Shown: one piece after another, positions 1 through 11,411 of the stretch
Position numbering within the stretch: position 1 is the stretch's first letter
How the letters are laid out: each line of letters begins with the position of its first letter
Assembly (NCBI GenBank): GCA_001643675.2
Contig: LSRY02000022.1
Span: 806,001-870,000, forward strand
Source of the DNA: Monocercomonoides exilis PA203
Taxonomy: Eukaryota; Protista; Preaxostyla
Length of the DNA: 64,000 bases
Direction of reading: 5' to 3'
Notes under the pieces: model-generated
Databases searched by the model: none
What the model saw: the letters and a program-made list of their open reading frames with translations, nothing else
What the model was told of the DNA's origin: nothing
Position numbers and translations under genes: made by a program

Positions 1-2616
1 AGCGCCTCCTTATCCATTGCATCCTCAGCCACTCGCCAAGAACAGTCAGCATCATCGGCAACAGCATCCATTCGTATTTCACCTTCTTCCAACGCCTCTT
101 CTGGCCTGGATCTTCGCAGGCAGTTTTCGGATGAGGTGAAGAAGGTTGGAGGAAGCAGCTGTTATGGAGAGGGTAAGAAGAGGGTGCACCACAAAGGAAG
201 GAAAGAAAAAGAAGAAGAAAAAGAAGAAGAGACTGAAAAAGATGATGATGATGGAGATGAAGTCAAAGGGAAGAAGAAGGGCAGTCCGACATCAGCATCG
301 GAGACAGCCAGGCCGAACGAAGAAAGACAAAAACTGCATTCGTCAGGGATGGGTGGTGACTTTGGGGGATGGAACTGGCAGAAAGAAAGCGAGAAGCGAA
401 GAAGAAGGAAGAGGAAAGGAGAAGGAGGGCAGGCAGACATCAAGCGGATGATGAAGGACTTTATGGGGGAGCTGCACAATGCGAACGAAGAGGTGATGTT
501 TTCGTCGCCATCGAACAAAAGGCTGATGTCACCGCGGCTATTGATGCGGCAGGCAGCGAAAGAACTGCGGAAGAAGGAGAAGGAAAAAGAGAAAGAAAAG
601 GAAAAGAAGGATGAAGAGAACAAGATGGATGTCAAATCGAGTGACCATTTGGGGCTTTCTCTCACAAACACTTCCCTGCCATCATCATCAGCAGGGTCGT
701 CTTCATCTTTTTCGTGTTCATTGGAAACTGCATCAACACCTCCTATGTTCACAAGCTCGGGATCATCGGCAGGTGGCTTTGTGGAGAGTGGACAGAAGGA
801 GAAAGAGAAAGAGGAAGAGGAAGAGGAAGATGATGATGATGATGAGCTGCTGAAGATGCTTGGCGGAGAAGCATGGAGCAGAAAAAAGGAGTTTGAGCAG
901 GAACATATGCAGGGTGTGAAGTTACAAAGTGGAATCCTGGACCAGAACGGGGAAGGAAAAGGGAATAAGAATGGAGAAGATGTGGAAGTGGAAGTGAAGA
1001 AGAAAGAAGAGAAGAGAAGAGGGATTGGAGCAGGAACGAAAGGAAGAGAAGAAGAAGATGATGACGATGAGGGTGATTTGGATGACAGCGGTTCGATGGC
1101 AGAAACTCCTATACGAAGCAAGTTCTGTTTGCTTTGCCCGATTTTCTGTTTGAAAAGAGGGAAGATGAGAAAGCAGAAAAGAAAGGGGAAGGGGACAACA
1201 GTTGAGGAAGAAGGGGATGAGTTGTGTCTGAAAAGAGATGCGGTAGCGAATGCTGTGGAAGGCAAAGGAAATGGAGGGGAGGAGAAAGATGAGAGAGGAA
1301 ATGAATTGAAAGGGAAAGAGGGGGAGAGAGATGGAGAGGAGGAGGAGGAGGAGGAGGAGGAGAGAGAGGGGATGGAAGCAGGAAAAGTGGCAAGCATGAC
1401 GGAATCTGCATTTGATCAGAATGAGCAAGCAACGCCGCGGAAGATGGATGGACTGGAGGCAAGAGAGATGAATGGGTCGTCTTCGCTGGATTCGATGGCG
1501 TTTGAGCTGAAGAACGGAAGCTGTTCTGGTTCGCATTCACATTCTTCTTCGCGTTCTTCTTCGTCTTTCTCATCAGCTCGCTCGTTTTCTATTTCGTCTT
1601 CTTCGGCATTTGGAACAAGCTCGCTGCAGAAGTTTCTGGACTTGGAGGTGATGATGCAGATTCCGAAGTCAGTGACAACATCTTCCTCTTCTTCTCTTGC
1701 ATCATCATCTTCGTCATCATCATCGTCGTCGTCTCCAACAGTGTCATCGTCTTCATCTTCTTCTGTAGCCTCCTCCTCTTCTGACCCATCTCCCTTCTCC
1801 AATGTGCCTCCCTTTCTTCCACTTCCAGTTCTCCCGCTTCCGTCGAAAAGGCCATCACCCATCCAAATTGAGAGGCACCAGCTGGAGACGATCTTTTCGC
1901 AGGAGTTCCAGGTGACTCCAGCGAGCACATCTGTGACACCCACCACGCATCTGTCAGCTTCATCATCTGCTTCTTCGTTGTTATCATTTGGCAAGCATAA
2001 TGCGAGGCTCCAACCAAAGTCTCCTTCCTCTTCTTCTTCTTTTTCTGCTGCTTCTTCATCTCCCATTGCTACCTCCTCCTCATGTTCAGCATCCAGCCAT
2101 ACGAAGAGGAAGAGACAAACGGAGTCTCGACCCAAGCAAACACACAAATCTTATAAGTCTGACAACACTCACAAAGCTCACGAAGCTCACGAAGCTCACG
2201 AAGCTCACGAAGCTCACAAGGTTCGTAAGGGGCAGAAATCACGTGCGCATCGAAGCCATCGGAGCCATCATCGATCTCCTCATTTGCACAGAAGCCATCG
2301 CAATTGCAGAAGACATTTGCACTTGAAGCATCACATAAGCCAACAGCAACGCAAGGCACATTCTATTGGGCCATCTGTGGGGATTGGATATTCCAGCAGG
2401 GCTTCAACGTCATCGGTGGCCGGTGTGGGGAAGGGGGAAGGCAGCACAGGAGAGGGGATAATGCGAAATGTTTTGGAGGGACAGAAGCAGAGAGGCCGTG
2501 CAAGGGAGATGGAAATGAGCAGCGTGAGGTTTCCGGCACACGAGAGGGAGGTAAACACACTTCTCTATTTCCTTCACATGGCCAGAAAAAGAGAAAGAAT
2601 TCATCAAGAAAAATGA
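1..2616 (+). CDS. Large low-complexity (E/K-rich, poly-Ser, His-rich) hypothetical protein, 5'-truncated by the window
   Basis: Frame 1 is open from base 1 through the 826-aa ORF. No recognisable domain. It probably continues through frameshifts or introns into the 2580-2825 frame and the 2822-4885 ORF. Confidence 0.6.
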   Translation, partial: SASLSIASSATRQEQSASSATASIRISPSSNASSGLDLRRQFSDEVKKVGGSSCYGEGKKRVHHKGRKEKEEEKEEETEKDDDDGDEVKGKKKGSPTSASETARPNEERQKLHSSGMGGDFGGWNWQKESEKRRRRKRKGEGGQADIKRMMKDFMGELHNANEEVMFSSPSNKRLMSPRLLMRQAAKELRKKEKEKEKEKEKKDEENKMDVKSSDHLGLSLTNTSLPSSSAGSSSSFSCSLETASTPPMFTSSGSSAGGFVESGQKEKEKEEEEEEDDDDDELLKMLGGEAWSRKKEFEQEHMQGVKLQSGILDQNGEGKGNKNGEDVEVEVKKKEEKRRGIGAGTKGREEEDDDDEGDLDDSGSMAETPIRSKFCLLCPIFCLKRGKMRKQKRKGKGTTVEEEGDELCLKRDAVANAVEGKGNGGEEKDERGNELKGKEGERDGEEEEEEEEEREGMEAGKVASMTESAFDQNEQATPRKMDGLEAREMNGSSSLDSMAFELKNGSCSGSHSHSSSRSSSSFSSARSFSISSSSAFGTSSLQKFLDLEVMMQIPKSVTTSSSSSLASSSSSSSSSSSPTVSSSSSSSVASSSSDPSPFSNVPPFLPLPVLPLPSKRPSPIQIERHQLETIFSQEFQVTPASTSVTPTTHLSASSSASSLLSFGKHNARLQPKSPSSSSSFSAASSSPIATSSSCSASSHTKRKRQTESRPKQTHKSYKSDNTHKAHEAHEAHEAHEAHKVRKGQKSRAHRSHRSHHRSPHLHRSHRNCRRHLHLKHHISQQQRKAHSIGPSVGIGYSSRASTSSVAGVGKGEGSTGEGIMRNVLEGQKQRGRAREMEMSSVRFPAHEREVNTLLYFLHMARKRERIHQEK
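2175..2218 (+). repeat. 9-bp coding tandem repeat (GCTCACGAA)x~5 encoding AHE repeats
   Basis: Directly visible tandem units. Confidence 0.9.
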
Positions 2617-2821
2617 AGGGGAAAAGAAAGAAGGAGAAGGATGAAAGGGCAAGCAGAGACGAGAGCGATCAGAAAGGGTTGCATTCGTCTTATTCTTCGA
2701 TTTCTTCCTCGCCATTGCCTATTCCTCGTTCGCCCAGCTCTTTTTTGGAACAACCATTTCGCGTTCTTCTTTCTCTTCTTCTTTTTCGTTCTGCTCTATT
2801 GGCAAGCAGTCTACGAGCAGT

Positions 2822-4885
2822 GTGAGCAAAAGGTGTAGGCGCAGCAGATTGTTGGGGGTCTTGAGCATTCGCACAAATCCTATCAGGGCAAACACAGACA
2901 CAGACATGGGCACAGACGCAGACGCAGACACAGACACAAGCATCGCGGTGGCGATTCAGATGGTGGCAGAACGGAGCACATGGACGAGGGCCTTCGGCAT
3001 GGACACATCGGCAGGCGTCAAAAGCGAAAAGAAAAGAAAGAAGAGGAAAGCAATTCGTCATGTCTTGGTGGCAGAAGAAAGGAGAAAAGAGGGGGAAAGG
3101 AAGGAAGAAGGAAGAGGGAAGAGGGGAAAGAGGATGAAAGCGATCGAAATGAGCAGTCAAAATGCGATTTGCGGTTTGATTCAAGAAAGTTGCCAACTCC
3201 TTTGTCTCAGCATCATCCGCAGCAAAAATTGCTCTCCTCTCAAAGTTCTTTTTTCTCCAGCGCCTCAAGCACCTTCAGCTCCTCCGGCTCCTCCGGCACT
3301 TCCGCCACTGCCTCCGTATCCGCCTCTTCCTCTTCCGCCTCCTCCTTCTTTCAACCCGCCAAATTCCTCATCTTCAACAATTCCAGCAGCTGAACAAAAT
3401 TCTTTCTCTTTTTCTCCTTCTTCAGATAGTCCTGTTGGAATGGAGCGCTTCCCTTTCCACACACCATCTGTTCGCTCACAGACCTTCTCCTATCTTTCGC
3501 GCATGGGAGATGGCACTTCGCTGAACATGGGGATTGTTCCGCTAGGGAAGACAAAGATGCGTTCTACAACATCACAGCTTCGAGTGAGGAGCGTGGAGGG
3601 AAAAGGAAAGGAAGGAGGGCAGATGGACACGGTGGGATCTGCAGATGATGCGAATGGCGATAAAGAGAAAAACGAAGAGGAAGAGGAAAGGCGGAGAAGA
3701 AGGTGTGGGAAGACGGAAATGGAGGATAGAGGTTGCAATGGAGGAGAAAGGAGCAGACGAGATGAGACAGAAGAAGGTGTCTCTGGTTGTGTTCGTGAAT
3801 CACAATCATCAGCATCATCGGGTTCATCTGCATCGAGTGGTGTTCAGGCAGACATGGCATCAGCTGCAAGTGTGTCATCTGCTGGCAACACCACAAACAC
3901 CACCACACAAAGCGTGTCGGCTGCTTCGGCGTGCCTTCCATTTGGCTCGACAACATCCCCAAAGGCAGGTGAGGCGGCATTCGGCTCTCGTCCCGATGCA
4001 TTGCACCATCTGGATGCACTTTCTGAGCCCACGAGTGTTGCCAACACATCCACCCATCCCCTTTCACCGTCTCCGTCTTCTTCTGTCTCTCCTGTGTCGC
4101 TTGCATCACCAGTGTCGCCTGTGTCTCCTGTGTCTCCGCGCTCTCCTCCGTTTTCTCCTTCGCCTTCATCACCGACATCATCCCTTCCATCCACAGCTGT
4201 TCTAGGTGCATCGCATTATTTCTATTCCTCTCAACTGTCACCTTCTTCGTCTTCTTCGTCTTCTTCATCTTCCTCCTCCTCATCCAACTCGTCTTCTTTG
4301 CTTCCAACAGCGTCTGCCTCGTATTTCTCGACGTCGTTCATTCCATCTATTTCGTCGACTTCGTTCATCATGTCTTCGCATCAGATGTCGTCATTCAGCA
4401 CGACTTTTGCTCCGTCGTCGTCAAGTTCGTCCTTTCCCAGCTCTTCTTTTTCGTCTCTTGTATCATCTTCGACGCTGCCGCAGTATTCTTCATCGTCTTC
4501 TTCGATTGGTGCGAGCACGCCATCTTCGACATCGTCTGCAGCGCTGGAGATCACATCGGACTCGTCAGTTGGCAACATGCTTCCATCAGAGAAGCAAGCA
4601 ACAACCGCTTCCTCTTCCTTTTCTTCCTCCTCTTCATCCTCTTCCTTTTCTTCATCCTCTTCATCCCCTTCATCCCCTTCATCCCCTTCCTCCTCTTCCT
4701 CCTCTTCATCCCGTTCATCTTGCTCTTCCTCATTCAATTCATCTTCTTCATCGGCTTGTAAATCATCTTTGTTGACTTCTTCTTCCACCTCCACTTCATC
4801 GGCATCTGACTCCTCGAGTAACTCGCCAAAAGACACATTTCGCCCTTCCTTTCCACCTGGCGCGCCTTCAGAGACTGTTTGTTGA
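2822..4885 (+). CDS. Ser/Pro-rich low-complexity hypothetical protein, likely the 3' part of the upstream gene
   Basis: 687-aa ORF with the same compositional style as 1-2616. Confidence 0.5.
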   Translation: MSKRCRRSRLLGVLSIRTNPIRANTDTDMGTDADADTDTSIAVAIQMVAERSTWTRAFGMDTSAGVKSEKKRKKRKAIRHVLVAEERRKEGERKEEGRGKRGKRMKAIEMSSQNAICGLIQESCQLLCLSIIRSKNCSPLKVLFSPAPQAPSAPPAPPALPPLPPYPPLPLPPPPSFNPPNSSSSTIPAAEQNSFSFSPSSDSPVGMERFPFHTPSVRSQTFSYLSRMGDGTSLNMGIVPLGKTKMRSTTSQLRVRSVEGKGKEGGQMDTVGSADDANGDKEKNEEEEERRRRRCGKTEMEDRGCNGGERSRRDETEEGVSGCVRESQSSASSGSSASSGVQADMASAASVSSAGNTTNTTTQSVSAASACLPFGSTTSPKAGEAAFGSRPDALHHLDALSEPTSVANTSTHPLSPSPSSSVSPVSLASPVSPVSPVSPRSPPFSPSPSSPTSSLPSTAVLGASHYFYSSQLSPSSSSSSSSSSSSSSNSSSLLPTASASYFSTSFIPSISSTSFIMSSHQMSSFSTTFAPSSSSSSFPSSSFSSLVSSSTLPQYSSSSSSIGASTPSSTSSAALEITSDSSVGNMLPSEKQATTASSSFSSSSSSSSFSSSSSSPSSPSSPSSSSSSSSRSSCSSSFNSSSSSACKSSLLTSSSTSTSSASDSSSNSPKDTFRPSFPPGAPSETVC

Positions 4886-6028
4886 AAAGTGCGTCTGGGA
4901 ATGAATCTCACTCTCGGAATGCTGAAACAAAGCAGCACAGCCAGCACAGCCAGCTCAGCCAGCTCATCTGGCAACCCAAAATCAGATTTTGTTTTTGTAT
5001 GAGCAGGCAGTTTGTTAGGATTGGGCAGCGAAGCAGGTGAGGGAGACAGAAGAGAAGAGAAGAGAAGAGAAGAGAAGAGGGCATCGAAATGAGGTGGTAC
5101 AGGATTCTGTTGTGTATTTATTGTTTTTATGTATTCTTTCCATTCACTTTCGTTCTGTTTCATTTTTGGACAAAAAAAACATTTTTTTTTGTATTTTTAA
5201 TAATTTTATTTGTGTTTCGAGAGGTATTTGGACTGGTTAAGTTTTATTTGATTTTGTATTTGTATGCAGAGGAAGTATGTTTGTGAAATGCTCAAAGAGT
5301 GATTGTGTGTTTGTTTATGTTATTTTTCTTTTTGAATATTTGCTGGTTGCTCAGATGTGGTGAGTCTGGAAAGGGATATCATCCAGATTTCGCAGCTGCT
5401 CTTTCATTCTGTTTCTGTTTCGTGTTTCGGTTGTTTTTGCATCAGCGCTGAACAGCCAATCCAAAAAAACACTTTTTGCTCTGTTGATTTTGCTTAAGCT
5501 TTTCCCTTCTCTTTTTGTTGGACACTCATTCGTTGGAGCATTTCTGCTGATTGTTGTTTTCTTTTGCTGGGTGAAATACGATTCTGCTTCATTGGTTGAT
5601 AAGAAATCAAACAATATTTCACTGTTTGTTTTTGTATGTATTTTGAATTCACTTTCATTTTTATACTTTTATATTTTTTATTTTTTATTTTATATTTTAT
5701 ATTTTTTTAATTTTTTTCTTGTTTGTGTGTATGTTGCCATTTCTTCTGTCTTTATTGGATTTCACTTATAATTCTTGTTGGAATGCTTTAAATTCCTGAT
5801 ATGTTGAATTTTATTTTTTTTTAAAAAGCAGTGTTTTGACAACAAAGGAATTATCATTTGAAACATTTTGTTGTTTTCAAAGTCTTCTTTGTCCCTTGCA
5901 AAGTGATGATGGAATTCGGATTAATCAAAACGCAAGCATTTTGATTTTCAAGAAAACATTCATTCACTTTCTTCTCTTCGATCAGAGATTATCACTTAAG
6001 TGTCAGTCGCTGCGAATTTGAAAAAAGA

Positions 6029-6700
6029 ATGCTCCCTTGCTCTCCACTCAGCACTGGACCCGCGTTGAATTCCGCCACATCAATGATGTCAGATGGACCT
6101 CCTGGAGAGACCTTTTCAAGTTTAATTACTCATTCCAGTTCTGAATTTTCCCAGCAGATCCCGGGAGCTTCAGAAGCGAAAATAAGCTATGACGAGGATA
6201 GTTTGCTACTAGAAAGCAGTTTTAAGACAATATTTCTCCGAGATCTAGATTGCAGCTTATATGATATGGATCTACCAGAAAGATATTTGGAAGATCTTGT
6301 AAGTGATTTGAAGGAAGAAGATTTAAGTCCATTTCTGCCAAGGGCTCCTCCTGCAACATCGAAAACAGATAATTGGATGAACGACGTGTTGGATAAGGCA
6401 GGCGAGCGCACTGAAGCCTTTCTGTATCCAGCCATTAAAATCCTGCTTTTCACACGTGCAAAATTGAAAGAAAAAGATGATTTATAAGTATCGATTACTG
6501 ATAAAATTTTATTCGTTTCAAAAGCGCTGAAGAAAGCAAGATCTGTAAGAATTCAAGGAAGATTCGGCTTTAGGGCAGCTGCACAGATGAAGGAAAGCTC
6601 AGCTACAAGTCTTCTAACTCAAAGGCAATCAGAAGTTCTTGAAGAATGGAGAAAAATTGGAGGAGCACGAATTATTGGGAAAGGAGTAAGTTCTGTATAG
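6029..6700 (+). pseudogene. gag-like ORF1 of DIRS element A
   Basis: DLSPFLPRAPPATSKTDNWMNDVLD aligns with DLSPLLPPVPPPATKSKNWFDDALD in element C. In-frame stop at 6485-6487. Confidence 0.75.
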
Positions 6701-8410
6701 AGGAGCAAAGCTACGAAAGTATCTTTCAAGAAAACAGGAGTGTTCAACCCTTTGGAGCATCAGAGTCAAGAAGCCCATCAAGCCTTTTCAGAGATTATCA
6801 AGAAGCAACTGGAAGCAAATATCATCAAACCGAGTTAGGAAAAGGATGTGAAGCATTAGAACCAAGTGTTTGTTATCAGAAAGAAAGACAGTGGCTGGAG
6901 GCAAATTGTGGATTTTGGCAGATTCAACAATGCAATCAAGACAATGTGTTGCAAGCAAGAAAACCACAAAACAGTGGAGAAAATTATACAAGAAAAGGAT
7001 TACGCAGTCAAGCTGGACTTGAGCCAAGCTTATTATCTTATAAAAGTCACGAAGAATTATCGCCATTCCTTTCGTTCGTTTTCAAAGGAAAATACTACGC
7101 TTTCCACGGAATGTCTTTCGGATACAAAAATGCACCTCGAACGTTCACAAAAGTGATGAGTAAAGTTCTGAAATACATGAGGGATGAATGGAATGTGAGA
7201 ACCATCGCATACTTAGAAGATATTATTCTTCTTCATCAATACCCACAGGAACTCAATATTATAGCGAAGAAAACTCTTTCGTTGTTCAACAAATTCCAAT
7301 CGGTTTGTGGTTCAAATGAAGGAGTCGAAGAAAACAGAGCTGATGAAAGAGTGCCAGAAATGGAGGAGGATTGCCGAATACAACAGAGTTGTTTCGATAA
7401 AGAAGTAAGCCTCGTTGATAGGGAAACTGAATGTGACCAGATTCGTGTGTCAAAAAGCTTCCCTGAATTTGTCACAACTGTTCAAACTCCAAAACAAAGC
7501 TTTGAGTCTGAGTGGATGGCAAGGAAAACTGTGCGTGAATGGATGGATAACTAATTGTCTCAGGAAGTGGAGCGAAAGGCTGAAAAAGAACCAACCAAGG
7601 AGATTGAATCCAGTGTTTCGACCAGAAGCTATTCTGACGACAGATGCATCGGGGCTTGCCATCAGCGCAACACTGAAAGTCAACAATCAAATGATGGACT
7701 TTCACAAACCTCTTCCACTTTTTGTCAGAAACCAAAGTTCAAATTGCAGAGAGCTATTCGCAATAAATTAAGCCATCGCGCATTACTCAATTTCCATTCG
7801 AAATCAAGAAATATGAAATCTGCTTATTCAATCAGACAACACAACAGCAGTTTTCAATCTGAATCGATGGGGAGCGGGTCCGAATCTCAGAACCCTTCTG
7901 AAGAAAATATGGAATCAAACTCAAGCGCTGAAAGTTGTTGTGAAAGCTCAACATATTCCTGGAGAGAAAAACATCAGAGCAGTCGGCCTATAGAAATTGG
8001 CAAAATGAGGAGATTACGAAGTTGAACAAAAAACACTCGAAGAGATTACCAATCAGCTTCAGATGCATATCACTCTCGATGCCTTCGCGACAAAAGAAAA
8101 CACAAAAGCAACGAGATGGTGCGGACCAGAAAACGGTTTAAGTCAAGAAAGGATACAAATTTCTTGGAGAAACGAGACAGTACTTGCTCTTCTCCCGATT
8201 CCTATGATTCCAGCTGGGATCCAAAAAGCAGCGATGGAGAAAGCTCGAGTTCTTCTTCTTCTTCCAGATTGGGAGGGTCAGATATGGGAACCTCTTTTGA
8301 ACAACACAAATCACTTCTCTTGGACATTGAGGAGAACGGAGGAGATAAGCTAGGAAGGAAGATGGACGAAGCTAATGAATGCAACGCTTCCTCCAGGGAG
8401 ACTGAGGATA
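6646..8410 (+). pseudogene. RT - RNase H - DNA adenine methyltransferase-like polyprotein of element A (frameshifted)
   Basis: RT motifs FVIRKKDSGWRQIVD, KLDLSQAYY, MSFGYKNAPRTFTK and YLED (YLDD mutated). RNase H motifs LTTDAS and SSNCREL. MT-like LDAFATKENTK...LPDWEGQIW. About 25 codons are deleted after the YxDD region relative to element C. Confidence 0.9.
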
Positions 8411-9400
8411 TGCCTAATCAATCCATAACCGAAAAGGGAGAATCGTGGTGGAACGAGATTTTGGTATCAAAAAACATGTCACGTGAACTGGCCAAAGAGT
8501 GCTTAACAGGCGTCGCATGTGCCTCATGGATGGGATACATAGATGGGTTTGCACATTTCAAAGACGGATGGGATCAGTTGAAATTCAAAGACGTCCCTTC
8601 CAAATTTCAGATTTGGCAAAAAAGATGCTTGGATGTGTTTGTTGCCTTAAAAAAACATTGGAATGAAAGCTTCTTCATTGAGAATTGTCAGATCTGCCAT
8701 TTCCTTCCTAACATCAGTATTATACGGAAAATCACTTGGAGAGAACACCTTGATCTCAATTCTGATCAGATCATTCAGGAGATCAGAATGCAGAAAGAAT
8801 AAAAAAACAAGAAGATATGTGGAATCCTCAACAACTCTTCACCTATATAGAAACGATTGGAAAGAACGAAAATTTGTTGTTCTCACAACCATCGAGGAAA
8901 ACAATTTGTTTGTGTATGATGTTATCAGCATGCAGCTTCACAGAATTGGAAAGAATCAACATCAAGGAATCAGAAAAAGAGGAGCAATCAATTAACCTGG
9001 ATACGTCACTAAAAACTGGACTTGAAAGAAGCAACGTTGTCATCCAATTCCTCAGAAAGGAAAGTTTAATATGTCCAGCAACAGCTGTTAAAGAATTGTG
9101 GGATCGAGTGAAAATTCACATTCCATATTCCAAAAAACAACTTCTGAGCTCTTCAACATATGATCCTATGAAGGCAGGAGCAATTCGAAAAGAAGCCAGC
9201 GAAATGATGAAAAACGCAAGAATCCCTTCGAACTACAGCCCATACACCTTGAAACACGCCTCAATATCAGCCTTAACAATCGCGGGAACTCCAGTTGAAC
9301 AGGTGGCAAAATTCGCAAGATTATCCGTCTGAAGCAACACAGTTATCAAACATTATTTCAGGTCCAACATTTCAAACAAGATGGCCCAGATTATTTCATC
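8410..9400 (+). pseudogene. Tyrosine recombinase of element A
   Basis: WNPQ, LSACSFTEL, LKT, CPATAV, PYTLKHAS, ARLS*SNTVIKHYF. Contains frameshifts and stops. Confidence 0.85.
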
Positions 9401-9940
9401 GAATCAGGAGACAAAGAAAGCAATTCAACAGCCTTCCACGGTTCCTCCATCCACAACTGCATCAGACGAAAAAGATTCCATCGTTCCCATCAATCAATAA
9501 TCACGTTTGCCAGAATGCCATGAAACAAAGAAAGCAATTGAAGAGATCTCACAACCAGACTGTATCGAAGAGCCAGAAGATAATGAGTCTCAATCCTTCC
9601 ACGAAAAGCAAGAAAATACCACGAACAATGAAAACGAGAAAAACGATAATGAAATCATCGAAGAAAAATGCATCCAGTTAATAATTCGAACAAGATCACA
9701 GAGACGAAAAGAAATGATGGAAAGAGAAAATTCAGAAAGTAATCCATAACGCCCAATTACTACAAACTCTCAGATCGAAGAGAAGAAAGTGAATAAATGT
9801 CTTCTTCATTAAAAACAATTTAAATACCTTCATTTATTTACATATTCTTTTTGAAACGAAAAATTTTGATGAACAACCGAAAAAAGATACATTTAGATTT
9901 TTTCCCCCACCTCGTGAAATTCTGTTTTTTGAAAAACATA

Positions 9941-11340
9941 CACCAAAAATAATTCAAATTCGAAAAAGAATAATTCAATTTCGTAATTAATATTTCAATT
10001 TCGAAAAAAAATAATTCGAATTCGGAATTAATAATTCAAAATCGAAAATTAATAATTCGAATTCGGAAATTAATAATTCAATTTCGTAATTTATTAATTC
10101 GATTTCGAAAAAGAATAATTCAATTTCGAAAATGATTATTTCAATTTCGAAATTCATTATTAACTGAAATTTTAAATTTTTCTCGAGAATGGATTTCAGA
10201 AAAGTTCAAGTTATTTTTTAACCAATCAAATTTTATTACTCATAGAAAACTGTTTTTTTAATTGCAACAATCAATAAATCAATTTTTTTAAAAAATTTTT
10301 TTCATTTTCGAAAATCATCACTCAAATTATAATAATTTAATAAAAATTCATTCTATTGAATAACCAAATAAAAATTAAAAAAATTTATTCACGATTGTTG
10401 AATTATTTTTTCACAATAATGTGATTGTTTCATTGGCAAATTTTTGAATAATATCGGTTTTAAACATGAAAATGTATTTCTTTCCTTTTCAAATTAACTT
10501 CAGTCAATACAGATATCGCACAAAATACCGGACAGGATCGATTTCACAATAACTGCAAGAGGAATAATTCTGACAATTTTCCTCAAAGTATATCTCAACA
10601 ATGCTAACTCATTTGGGGGAAAATATGTAACTTCAAGCTTTTTCATTTATAAATTATGCACTTTTAATTGTCTTATTTTGATCAAAAAATCCAAGCAAAA
10701 TTTCTTTTCTTATTGAAATATTTGTGATGACACAAAACATTGTATTGTTGAATCAATGATATCAGTTTATGGATATGAGAATATTATTTATTTTGAAATC
10801 TGACAAAGTCAAGAAAAGTTATGAGTGAAACAATTTTTTGGTTATTTGTGCATAAAAAGCTTGAAAGTTCATATTTTCCCCCATTTGATATACAAAACTT
10901 TCAAAATAGCTTCATTTGTGCTCAGAAAAAATGAATCTATTTTGAAAGTTTTGAATGGCAAACGAATTTGAATTAATAAGACATTTAATGAAAAAAAACA
11001 GAATAATATCTCTGGTGGTTATTGTGAAATTGTTCTTTTCCGGTATTTTGTGCGATGTCCGGTATTTTATGCGATATCTGTAAATCTTCATTCAAAATGA
11101 ATGAAAATTATTTGAAGAAAATACATAATTTTTTAAATATTCATAAACAAAGTGTCCTCACGAGATAAAAATAAAGAGTATTTTGACAGCAAAACGTAAG
11201 TTAATAATTCCACAAATCAAAAAAATTGTCGTTTCGAAATTGAATTATTCTTTTTCGAAATCGAATTAATAAATTACGAAATTGAATTATTCTTTTTCGA
11301 ATTTGAATTATTCTTTTTCGAATTAGAATTATTTTTGGTG
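9941..11340. mobile_element. Non-autonomous TIR DNA transposon, CACC...GGTG termini, TA TSD, subterminal ~21-bp tandem repeats
   Basis: TA|CACCAAAAATAATTC at 9939-9955 and GAATTATTTTTGGTG|TA at 11326-11342. Arrays of TAATTCAATTTCGAAAAAGAA-like units at 9950-10155 and in inverted orientation at 11232-11335. Confidence 0.85.
10510..11080. mobile_element. MITE (Tc1/mariner-like, TA TSD) nested in the CACC element
   Basis: TA|CAGATATCGCACAAAATACCGGACA ... TGTCCGGTATTTTATGCGATATCTG|TA. An additional internal inverted repeat lies at ~10612-10645 and ~10852-10886. Confidence 0.85.
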
Positions 11341-11411
11341 TAACAGTTTAAAAAAATCGAAATCCAACAAAAAATATAAAGGGTTATAATCAAAAAAGAA
11401 AACTGAACTGA

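Larger units (their letters stand above)
5923..9812 (+). mobile_element. DIRS-type tyrosine-recombinase retrotransposon A (decayed; ICR missing)
   Basis: Order gag-like, RT, RNase H, methyltransferase-like, YR. Inverted repeats at ~5949-5990 and ~9767-9808. Both termini resemble those of the 32842-37658 element. Confidence 0.9.

Noticed and set aside
162-5163. Long antisense and alternate-frame ORFs (e.g. 162-1397, 1416-2147, 4381-5163)
   Set aside because: Shadow ORFs produced by GAA/TCT-rich low-complexity coding sequence.
9950-10155. Palindromic ~21-bp repeats as CRISPR or iterons
   Set aside because: The units are tandem without unique spacers and mirrored at 11232-11335, so they are transposon subterminal repeats.
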